A DNA stretch of 55,508 nucleotides, from NCBI GenBank assembly GCA_913043225.1, contig CAJWLU010000023.1, positions 1 to 55,508 of the forward strand, read 5' to 3'. The position numbers and the translations under genes were made by a program. This DNA is from an uncultured Acidobacteriota bacterium (GTDB lineage Bacteria; Acidobacteriota; Vicinamibacteria; Vicinamibacterales; UBA8438). Below, piece after piece: positions 47,262-55,508 of this stretch. How positions within the stretch are numbered: the first letter of the stretch is position 1; each line of letters starts with the position of its first letter. The notes under the pieces were generated by a model that ran no database searches, had not been told where the DNA came from, and saw only the letters and a program-made list of their open reading frames with translations.

Positions 47262-48896
47262 TCACGCCGGGCCATCCTCCGTTCGACCAAGCTCCTCGGT
47301 CGCGATTTCCCGCATGCGGTACTTCTGCACCTTCCCGGTGACCGTCATCGGGAAGGTGTCGACGATCTTCCAGTACCTGGGAATCTTGAACGTCGCGATG
47401 GCGCCGCGACACAAGCTGGCCAATCCGTCTGCATCGATTGTGGCGCCGGGGCGAGGCTTCACCCAGGCCATTACTTCTTCTCCGTAACGGGCTGACGGGA
47501 CACCGATGACTTGGGCGTCGGCCACGTCCGGGTGGGTATACAGGAACTCCTCCACCTCCCGTGGCGAGATGTTCTCCCCGCCGCGGATGATCATGTCCTT
47601 AATGCGCCCCACGATGCTCAGATAGCCGTCGTCGTCCATCGTGGCCAGATCGCCCGTGTGCATCCAGCCGCTCCGATCGATTGCCGTGGCCGTCGCCTCC
47701 TCGTCGTCCCAGTATCCCAGCATCACCGAGTAGCCTCGGGTGCAAAGCTCGCCCCGTTCGCCGCGGGGGAGCAGCCGCCCGGTCTCTGGGTCGATCACCT
47801 GCACCTCCACGTGCGGATGCACCGGACCCACGGTGGCGACGCGTTTCTCCACAGGATCGTCGACTCGGGTCTGCGTCGAGACCGGCGACGTCTCGGTCAT
47901 CCCGTAGCAGATCGTGATTTCCGGGATGTGCATCCGCTCCCGTACCTGCTTCATCACTTCAATGGGGCACGGAGAACCGGCCATTACCCCGGTTCGGAGG
48001 GTGCTGAAATCGGTGTGTCCGAACCGGGCATGGTCGAGCTGGGCAATGAACATGGTCGGCACACCGTAGAGCGCCGTGCATTTTTCAGCTTCCACCGCGG
48101 TCAGTGTCGCTTCGGCGTCGAACGCCTCTCCGGGCGTCACGACGCAGGCCCCGTGGCTCGTTGCCGCTAGGTTGCCGATCACCATGCCGAAGCAGTGATA
48201 GAACGGCACCGGCACGCAGACGCGGTCGACCTCGGTATAGCCGAGGACCTCCCCGCAGAAGAACCCGTTGTTGAGGAGGTTGTGATGCGACAGCGTCGCG
48301 CCTTTGGGAGCGCCGGTCGTGCCGGACGTGTACTGGATGTTGATCGGGTCGTCGAAATTGAGCGTGGACTCGCGCGCCGCCAGCTGATCGTCGCCGATGT
48401 CGGTGCCGTCGGCGAGCAGCGCCTCCCAGTGGTCGTCGAGGACGACCGCGTCGCCCAGTGCCGGGCAGTCCGGCCGGACGGCCCCCACCATGTCCTCGTA
48501 GCTGGTTTGCCGAAACCCCTTCGACAGCAGGAGCAGGCCTAGGCCGGACTGGTTGAGCGCGTGCCGCAGCTCCTGGGTCTTGTAGGCGGGGTTGACGTTA
48601 ACTAGGACGGCCCCGATTCGGGCGGTCGCGTATTGGATGACCACCCACTCGAACCGGTTGGGCGACCAGATACCGACCCGGTCCCCTTTGGCGACGCCGC
48701 GGGCCAGCAGCGCCTTGGCGAGTTCGGTCGTGGCGTCCCACAGCTCCCGGTAGGTCGCCCGGTACCCCTGCGCCACTGAGATCAGCGCGTCGCGGTCGCT
48801 GACCCGGTTCACTGTACGCCTGAGGTTCTCTCCGATGGTCTCGCCCAGCAGCGGAACAGCGCTGGTGCCATGCACATACGAAGAGGGCTGCATCAT
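47262..48896 (-). CDS. Acyl-CoA synthetase (AMP-binding)
   Basis: [47 protein letters not shown]. Confidence 0.95.
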   Translation of the reverse strand: MMQPSSYVHGTSAVPLLGETIGENLRRTVNRVSDRDALISVAQGYRATYRELWDATTELAKALLARGVAKGDRVGIWSPNRFEWVVIQYATARIGAVLVNVNPAYKTQELRHALNQSGLGLLLLSKGFRQTSYEDMVGAVRPDCPALGDAVVLDDHWEALLADGTDIGDDQLAARESTLNFDDPINIQYTSGTTGAPKGATLSHHNLLNNGFFCGEVLGYTEVDRVCVPVPFYHCFGMVIGNLAATSHGACVVTPGEAFDAEATLTAVEAEKCTALYGVPTMFIAQLDHARFGHTDFSTLRTGVMAGSPCPIEVMKQVRERMHIPEITICYGMTETSPVSTQTRVDDPVEKRVATVGPVHPHVEVQVIDPETGRLLPRGERGELCTRGYSVMLGYWDDEEATATAIDRSGWMHTGDLATMDDDGYLSIVGRIKDMIIRGGENISPREVEEFLYTHPDVADAQVIGVPSARYGEEVMAWVKPRPGATIDADGLASLCRGAIATFKIPRYWKIVDTFPMTVTGKVQKYRMREIATEELGRTEDGPA

Positions 48897-48944
48897 GAGT
48901 CCTCAGCGCTTTGCGCCACCTGCCGCCGCCTGGTGCATCACGTC

Positions 48945-49370
48945 CTACCGTGCGGAGTCGTCCTCGGACGCGTACTCCAACTCGACGTAGCCGCCCGCGG
49001 GCGTCCACTGCATCCGCCGGGCCGGGAGGTCCGACTCGTCACCCCGCTGGTTGATGTAGACGAGAATCTCGTCGTAGTTGCCCTTGATCGGCTCGACGAG
49101 CGATCTGCCGATTTCCTCCGTGCGGCTCGGATCGTCCGCCTCGACCTCGATGACGAACGCGCCGTGCGCGGTCGCCATGTCGGTAATCTCCCAGGCCTCG
49201 TTGACGAGCTGTGGTTCGTTCGTCTCTGGGAGGGCCTCCAGATTGACGACCTCGAACTCGTCGTCGCTCGGGACGACCTCGGCGCGTTGCTGCCAGAGCG
49301 TCAGGTTCAGGATGCCCAGCGCGATGGCGCACGCGATGAGGCCGATCCGGAACATCCATTGGATCTTCAT
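48945..49370 (-). CDS. Hypothetical membrane-anchored acidic protein
   Basis: N-terminal TM helix (MKIQWMFRIGLIACAIALGILNL); GC3-rich codons. Confidence 0.7.
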   Translation of the reverse strand: MKIQWMFRIGLIACAIALGILNLTLWQQRAEVVPSDDEFEVVNLEALPETNEPQLVNEAWEITDMATAHGAFVIEVEADDPSRTEEIGRSLVEPIKGNYDEILVYINQRGDESDLPARRMQWTPAGGYVELEYASEDDSAR

Positions 49371-49452
49371 GATCTCGACCGATGGCGCAGGATAGCACGC
49401 GGCTGTGCACCTGATAGGCTGACCCAACGTTAGTCAGAGGAGGAGGACATCG

Positions 49453-50202
49453 ATGGCACTCCAGAGTACGCGAGCGTGGATTCGTGTGGTGGCTGGCACC
49501 AACCTTCTGGTGCTGGCGCTGCTGGTGGCGCCGGGCGCCCAGGCACAGACGGTCGCGGAGATTGTCGAGGCGAGCCTCGAGGCGGTCGGGGGACGTGAGG
49601 CTCTGGCCGGGATCACCAGCCTGCGTCAGGTCGGCGGGTCTGTCATGAGCACCGACTACGGCGACCTCGAAGGCGACACCGAGGTGGTCATTATTCCCAA
49701 CCAGAAGATCTATCAGGACCTCGACAGTGATTTCTTCCAGCAGACCAGCGCCTGGAACGGGACGGTGGGGTGGCAGTCCGACAGCATGCAGGGCATGACG
49801 GACGCGACCGGCGAGCAGGTGGCGGTGTGGGCCGCGCAGACCTCGCTTCATCCGTTCCAGGGGTTTGGCGACCCTGCCTTGGGGGAGTACAGCAAGCTCG
49901 ACGATGCTGAGGTGGGCGGGCGTCCGCACCATGTCGTGCAGATCACGGCTGCCGTTGTGACGTTCGACGTCTATGTCGACACTGAGACCTACCTCGTGTC
50001 ACGCATGACGGTCGACACCAGCTTGCCGCAGCTGGGGACGGTCCGTATGACGTTGGATGTGGAGGGATACCAGGAGCACGGCGGAGTGCTGTTCGCCACC
50101 ATCAGCGGCCTGGCGATTCCCGGGGCGTTCAGTATCGACACCGTCTACGACACCGTCGAGGTGAACGGGGAGGTCGATCACAACATTTTCGAGAAGCCCT
50201 AG
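49453..50202 (+). CDS. Hypothetical secreted protein (possibly LolA-like)
   Basis: GAGGAGGAGG RBS; signal peptide; EAVGGREALAGITSL; VDTETYLV. Confidence 0.75.
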   Translation: MALQSTRAWIRVVAGTNLLVLALLVAPGAQAQTVAEIVEASLEAVGGREALAGITSLRQVGGSVMSTDYGDLEGDTEVVIIPNQKIYQDLDSDFFQQTSAWNGTVGWQSDSMQGMTDATGEQVAVWAAQTSLHPFQGFGDPALGEYSKLDDAEVGGRPHHVVQITAAVVTFDVYVDTETYLVSRMTVDTSLPQLGTVRMTLDVEGYQEHGGVLFATISGLAIPGAFSIDTVYDTVEVNGEVDHNIFEKP

Positions 50203-51020
50203 GTGTGGAGATTCCCGCGGCCGGGGCCGACGAACGAGTAGAGCGTCATCCCGGCCGCCGCGGCCATCTCGACCGCCAGGCTCGAGGCGGCCCCAACCGA
50301 GACCATGATGGGAATGGCCGCCTTGAGCGCTTTCTGTACCAGTTCGAAGCCGGCTCGTCCGCTGACCACCAGGATGCGGTCGGAGAGCGACGTGGCGCCG
50401 TCGAGCACGGCCCGCCCGATGACCTTGTCGACCGCGTTGTGCCGCCCGATGTCCTCGCGGACGGTGAGGAGCTCGCCCTCCAACGTGAATAAACCAGCGG
50501 CGTGAATCCCGCCGGTGGCGTCGAAGAGGGGCTGGTGCGGACGCATCCGATCCGGGAGCGACGCCAGCAGCTGGGTTGGGCAGTCCCTGGCCTCGATCGC
50601 TGGGAGCGCCTGGTCGAGGTCGTCCAGGCTCTCCTTGCCACAGACTCCGCATGCCGCGGTCGCGCGGAAGTGACGCTGCGCCCGTTCGACGCCGGCGACG
50701 TCCGCTCCGTTCTGGAGCGTCACCAGCACCCGGTCTCCGCCTCCGACCTGGCCTGCCGCTAGAGCCTCTGGTGATGTGGCCTCAGCGCCAGGTTCGTGGC
50801 GGATAGAATCCACCTGCCCGCCGCTGGTGATGACGCCCTCGCCAAACAGGAACCCGGCCGCCAGTTCCTCGTCGTGGCCCGGTGTCCGCATGGTGATGAC
50901 CAGGGGCTGACCGCCTACCCGGATCTCTAGCGGGGCCTCCACGGCCACGACGTCACTGCTTCGTACCCCGTCGTTCCGCGTGACCTCGACCGCTCGCAGA
51001 CCGACTGCTGACACCGTCAT
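50199..51020 (-). CDS. fdhD: Formate dehydrogenase accessory sulfurtransferase FdhD
   Basis: EAPLEI, TMRTPG, ACGVCG, TGGIHAA, REDIGRHNAVDK, SGRAGFELVQKA. Confidence 0.95.
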   Translation of the reverse strand: MTVSAVGLRAVEVTRNDGVRSSDVVAVEAPLEIRVGGQPLVITMRTPGHDEELAAGFLFGEGVITSGGQVDSIRHEPGAEATSPEALAAGQVGGGDRVLVTLQNGADVAGVERAQRHFRATAACGVCGKESLDDLDQALPAIEARDCPTQLLASLPDRMRPHQPLFDATGGIHAAGLFTLEGELLTVREDIGRHNAVDKVIGRAVLDGATSLSDRILVVSGRAGFELVQKALKAAIPIMVSVGAASSLAVEMAAAAGMTLYSFVGPGRGNLHT

Positions 51021-51180
51021 GTCGCGATTGTATGGCAGAACGAACACGGGGCCCGGGGAGCGGCGTTCTCCGCGACGCGCCGGTCGCCGCAGCTGGTCGA
51101 GCGCAGAGCGGCGACATCGGTGCGGCATTCCAGTGTCGTCTCGGATCCCCTCAGGCCCTGTGCTAAATTAGGCGCTCACC

Positions 51181-54100
51181 ATGTCGCTATCTCGCCGCAC
51201 GTTCCTCAAGGTCTCGGTCGGCGCCGCGGCCGGCGTCAGCGCGCTCGGGTTCGACCTGCAGCCGGCCTACGCCGCGGTGCGGCAGCTCAAGATTCGGAAC
51301 GCCCGCGAGTACAAGACGGTCTGCCCCTACTGCGCCGTGGGCTGCGGCACCATCGCCTATACCCACGGCAGCGGCGGACTGAACACCACCAACACGGTCA
51401 TCCACGTCGAAGGCGACCCCGATAGCCCAATCAACGGCGGCACCCTGTGCCCCAAGGGTGCGTCGCAGATGCAACTGGCCATCAGCCCGCGGCTGAAGAA
51501 GAGCCCGATGTATCGGGCCGCCGGCGCCAGCGAGTGGCAGGAAGTCGACTGGGACTTCGCCATGGACTGGTTCGCGCGCAAGTTCAAGGAGTCGCGCGAC
51601 CGCACTTTCGTCGAGCAGGACAGCCAGGGGCGCACGGTTAACCGCTGCAACGGCATCGCCTGGGTCGGCAGCGCGACGGTGGCCAACGAGGACGCGTATC
51701 TCATCACGAAGACGATGCGTGCCATGGGGCTAACCTACATCGACCATCAGGCCCGCATATGACACAGCCCCACGGTGGCCAGTCTGGCCGCCACGTTCGG
51801 TCGCGGGGCGATGACCAACCACTGGAAGGACATCAAGAACGCCGATGTCGTACTGGTGATGGGGGCCAACCCGGCCGAGAATCATCCCTGCGGCTTCAAG
51901 TGGGCGGTCGAGGCGCGTGACGAGAACAACGCCACGCTTGTCACCATCGATCCCAGATACACGCGGACATCGGCGGTGGCCGACAAGCACATGCAGATCC
52001 GCCCGGGGTCTGACATCGCGGTGCTGGGCGGGCTGATCCGTCACATTCTGGCCAACGACCTCCACCATGCCGACTACGTCCGTACCCACACCAACGCTTC
52101 GTTCATTGTCAGCGGCGACTTTGGGTTCGAAGACGGGCTGTTCTCGGGCTTCGAGGAGGCGGCCGGCGCCTACGACAAGACGTCTTGGGGCTACGAGCGG
52201 GGACCGGATGGCTATGTGCGGCGTGACGAGACGCTTGAGGACCCGCGCGCCGTCTTTCAGCTGCTGAAGCAGCACTACGACCGCTACACGCCGGACGTGG
52301 TGGCCCAGATCGCCGGCTGCACCGAGGAGAAGTTCCTCGAGATGGCCGACATCATCTGCTCCACCGGTCGTGCCGACCGGGTGGGCACGATCATGTACGC
52401 GGTGGGCTGGACCATGCACACCGTGGGTAGCCAGATCATCCGGACCGCGGCCATCCTGCAGCTCCTCTTGGGGAACATCGGCCGTCCGGGTGGCGGGATC
52501 AACGCACTCCGAGGCCACGCCAACGTGCAAGGTGCGACCGACCACGCGATCGTGGCGGGCATTCTCCCGGGCTACTTGAAGGTGCCGACGCCAGACCAAG
52601 GCAGTTTCGACGCGCATCTCGCGGCGTCGACGCCGACGCCGCTGGTGCCGGACACGGTCAATTACTGGGGGAATTACCCCAAGTTCCTCGTGTCCCAGCT
52701 CAAGGCCTGGTTCGGCGATCACGCTACCGAGGCCAACGAGTTCGGCTACCACTACCTCGGTAAGCAGGACGGCGACGCCACCTGGCTCTCGATCTGGGAT
52801 CAAGTCCGGCAGGGCAGCATTGAGGGCTTCGTGTCTCTCGGCTTCAATCCGTTGCTGGCGGGTCCCGACGTTCCTAGACTCCTGGAGTCGATGGCTCAGT
52901 TGCAGTGGAAGGTGGTCATCGATCCGTTCATGCTCGACAGCGCCGAGTTCTGGCGGGCGCCAGGGGTCGACCCCGCCACGGTCCAGACCGAGGTGATGTA
53001 TTTCCCCACCACGCACTGGATCGAGCGGGACGGTTCGTTTACCAACAGCGGGCGGTGGGCGCAGTGGAAGGAAAAGGCGATCGACGCGCCTGACGGGGTG
53101 CGGTCGGACACCTACGTGCTGTCGGAGCTGTTCTGGCGGGTCAAGGAGCTCTATCGCGAGGACGGCGAGGACGCCGTCTACCACGACCCGATCGAGCACC
53201 TCACCTGGGACTATCTCAATCCGCGGCTGCCGACCCTGGTCGAGCTCGCCAAGGAGATCAACGGCTACGACCGTGAGACGGGCCGGTTGCTGTCGTCATT
53301 CGGCGAGCTCGCTGCCGATGGCTCCACCACCTCGGGCAACTGGATCTACACCGGCAGCTACACCGAGGAAGGCAACATGATGGCGCGGCGGGACACCGCC
53401 GATCCCACGGGGCTCGGGATGCACCACGGCTGGGCGTTTAGTTGGCCGCTCAACCGGCGCGTCCTCTACAACCGGGCGTCGGCAGACGCCGACGGGCGGC
53501 CCTGGGAGGCGTCTCGCGCCGGTATCGCCTGGAACGGTCGTGAGTGGATTGGCGACGTGCCGGACTACGGTCGGACGACGCCGCCGGACGGGCCCGGGGC
53601 GTTCATCATGACCGAGGAGGGCGTGGCGCGGCTGTTCAGCAGCCATCTGGCCGACGGTCCGCTGTCCGAGCACTACGAGCCTGTCGAGAGCCCGACAGGT
53701 AATCCGCTGCACCCCGCGGTGCCGATCAACCCGACCATCAACTGGTATGACGGCGTGCGGGAGACGCTGGCCACCGCCGACGACGATTTCCCGTACGCCT
53801 GCACCGTCTACCGTGTGGTGGAGCACGAGCATTTCGTGACCCGGAACGTGCCGCTGCTCGTCGAGGCGATGCCGGACTTTTTCGTCGAGATCCCCGAAGG
53901 GCTCGCGGCTGAGAAAGGGATCGCTAACGGATCGCGGGCTCGGGTCTGGTCGAAACGTGGCGAGGTCGAAGGCGTGGCGATCGTCACCAAGCGGATCAAG
54001 CCACTGACGGTGAACGGTCAGACCGTGTGGACGGTCGGCATCCCCGTCCACTGGGGATTCGTGGGTATCACGCAGGGGTCGATGGCCAATCTCCTCACGC

Positions 54101-54186
54101 CGTACGTCGGCGACGCCAACACCCGTTGCCCCGAGTTCAAGTCTTTTCTCGTCAACGTGGCACCAGCGGAGCCGCAAACCACATAG
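51181..54186 (+). CDS. fdnG: Formate dehydrogenase alpha subunit, selenocysteine-containing, Tat-exported (1001 aa)
   Basis: SRRTFLK Tat signal; CPYCAVGC; QARI-TGA(51760)-HSPTVASLAATFGRGAMTN read in frame; ALRGHANVQG. Confidence 0.95.
51760..51792 (+). promoter_or_regulatory. Sec UGA codon and bacterial SECIS hairpin
   Basis: TGA then, 11 nt later, GGTGGCC-AGTCT-GGCCGCC with GU in the apical loop. Confidence 0.85.
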
Positions 54187-54200
54187 GGTAGAGTTCGTGA

Positions 54201-54236
54201 CAGAGCCCAGAGCCCCAAGCCCCAAGCCACAGAGCG
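54201..54236 (+). repeat. Heptamer tandem repeat C(A/C)(G/A)AGCC x4-5
   Basis: CAGAGCC CAGAGCC CCAAGCC CCAAGCC A CAGAGCG between fdnG and fdnH. Confidence 0.7.
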
Positions 54237-54245
54237 CCGATCTCC

Positions 54246-55109
54246 ATGCCTGACACTCTCTCCATCAAGCGCGTCTCGGCCTCCCAGAGCGCTCTAATTC
54301 CGCTCGAAGCGCTCAGATCGGGTGGACCCGTCTACTCGAAGCTGGTCGATATCTCGAAGTGCATCGGGTGTAAGGGCTGCGAGGTGGCCTGCAAGGAGTG
54401 GAACGACCTCAAGGTCGAGCAGACTAGCAACTTCGGCAGCTACCAGAGCCACAAGGACCTGTCATCGAACACCTGGTTATTGATGCGGTTCAATGAGGTG
54501 GAGAACGGCGAGGATGTCGACTGGCTCATCAAGAAGGACGCCTGTCTCCATTGCGCCGATCCAGGGTGCCTCTTTGCTTGCCCGGCTCCGGGTGCGATCG
54601 TCCAGTATCAGAACGGCATCGTCGACTTCAATCAGGACAACTGCATCGGCTGCCAGTACTGTGTTTCCGGGTGTCCGTTCGACATCCCCCGGTTCGACCA
54701 GGAAACGAAGAAGGTTGCCAAGTGCAACATGTGCATCGACCGGGTCGAGTCCGGTCTCGAGCCCGCCTGCGTGAAGACCTGTCCCACCAACGCTATCGAG
54801 TGGGGCATCAAGGACGACATGCTGGCCCAGGCCGAGAAGAAGGTTGAGCGGCTCAAGGAACGCGGTTATGAACACGCCGCTATCTACAACCCGGGCGGCG
54901 TCGGCGGCACGCACATGATGTATGTCGTGCCGCATGGGGATCGGCTGACCGACTACAGCCTGCCGGCACATCCCACGGCCAGCCCCGGTCAGCTTCGCGG
55001 CCTGAATATCCTCCAGCGGTTCGGCTCGTACCTCCTCGGCTTCGGCGTCGTGTCCGCCCTGGTCCACTTCCTCGCCGTGGGACCCGAGAGCCCCGAGGAG
55101 AACGCGTAA
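54246..55109 (+). CDS. fdnH: Formate dehydrogenase beta (4Fe-4S) subunit
   Basis: CIGCKGCEVAC, CLHCADPGC, CIGCQYCVSGCPF, KCNMC..R...G..PACVKTCP, C-terminal TM anchor. Confidence 0.95.
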   Translation: MPDTLSIKRVSASQSALIPLEALRSGGPVYSKLVDISKCIGCKGCEVACKEWNDLKVEQTSNFGSYQSHKDLSSNTWLLMRFNEVENGEDVDWLIKKDACLHCADPGCLFACPAPGAIVQYQNGIVDFNQDNCIGCQYCVSGCPFDIPRFDQETKKVAKCNMCIDRVESGLEPACVKTCPTNAIEWGIKDDMLAQAEKKVERLKERGYEHAAIYNPGGVGGTHMMYVVPHGDRLTDYSLPAHPTASPGQLRGLNILQRFGSYLLGFGVVSALVHFLAVGPESPEENA

Positions 55110-55149
55110 GGTGTCGAGTGTTTGGAGCCCCTAGCCTCATGAGCGACCC

Positions 55150-55508
55150 ATGCTGAAGCGCTTCACGTTCTTTGAACGGATCGTCCACTGGGTCGTCGGC
55201 GTAACTTTCGTCCTCCTGCTTCTGACTGGTCTCGCCTTCTCCTATCCGTCACTCTTTTGGCTGACGGCTCTGCTTGGCGGCGGGCCATCCGCCCGCGTGC
55301 TACATCCACAGGTGGGCGTGGTGTTCGGCATCGGGCTGCTGTTCATGTTCGGGCTGTGGGTCAAGGACATGTTCCTGGACCGGCAAGACCGGGAGTGGCT
55401 CGGCGCCATCAAGCACTACGCCGCCCACGAGCGCGACAAGGTCCCTCCCGCGGGCAAGTACAACGCCGGCCAGAAGATGTTCTTCTGGGTGCAGAGCGTC
55501 CTCAGCAT
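55150..55508 (+). CDS. fdnI: Formate dehydrogenase gamma (cytochrome b556) subunit, 3'-partial
   Basis: MLKRFTFFERIVHW, LLLTGL, ARVLHP, GKYNAGQK; runs off the window end. Confidence 0.92.
   Translation, partial: MLKRFTFFERIVHWVVGVTFVLLLLTGLAFSYPSLFWLTALLGGGPSARVLHPQVGVVFGIGLLFMFGLWVKDMFLDRQDREWLGAIKHYAAHERDKVPPAGKYNAGQKMFFWVQSVLS

Noticed and set aside
51760..51762. Nonsense mutation making fdnG a pseudogene
   Set aside because: Position and SECIS indicate selenocysteine.
51730..54225. Long antisense ORFs (489 and 309 aa; also 17104-18321, 9715-10836, 44107-45288)
   Set aside because: Shadow frames of GC3-rich genes with no recognisable motifs.
1..55508. CRISPR array, prophage or anti-phage defence genes
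   Set aside because: No regularly spaced 25-40-nt repeats and no cas, integrase, capsid or defence motifs were seen.

Overview
GC-rich bacterial chromosomal segment. The gene families (DUF5916, many PQQ-like propellers, MBL cyclase-like proteins, CxxCH/monooxygenase pair, 'YEYACHEGN' protein) suggest Acidobacteriota, probably Vicinamibacteria (inference). It holds about 40 mostly periplasmic or envelope genes, a selenocysteine formate dehydrogenase operon (fdhD / fdnG-U / fdnH / fdnI), sqdB, a class II photolyase, a DksA plus deviant sigma-70 pair, a low-GC carbamoyltransferase island next to a probable IS3 scar, and at least five deletion-generated gene scars. No rRNA, tRNA or CRISPR was seen. 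The best candidate for an undescribed system is a self-contained ~280-nt minus-strand unit at 4025-4343. It has a TTGACA-17-CACGAT promoter, three abutting hairpins, a 13-nt perfect complement of the 16S rRNA 3' end, a 14-codon ORF (MDELKYGSAEVTSS) whose Tyr-Gly codons could also pair with 16S helix 45, further GGAGG motifs 38-40 nt apart, and a 14-bp intrinsic terminator. All calls are from motif reading by eye; no searches were run.
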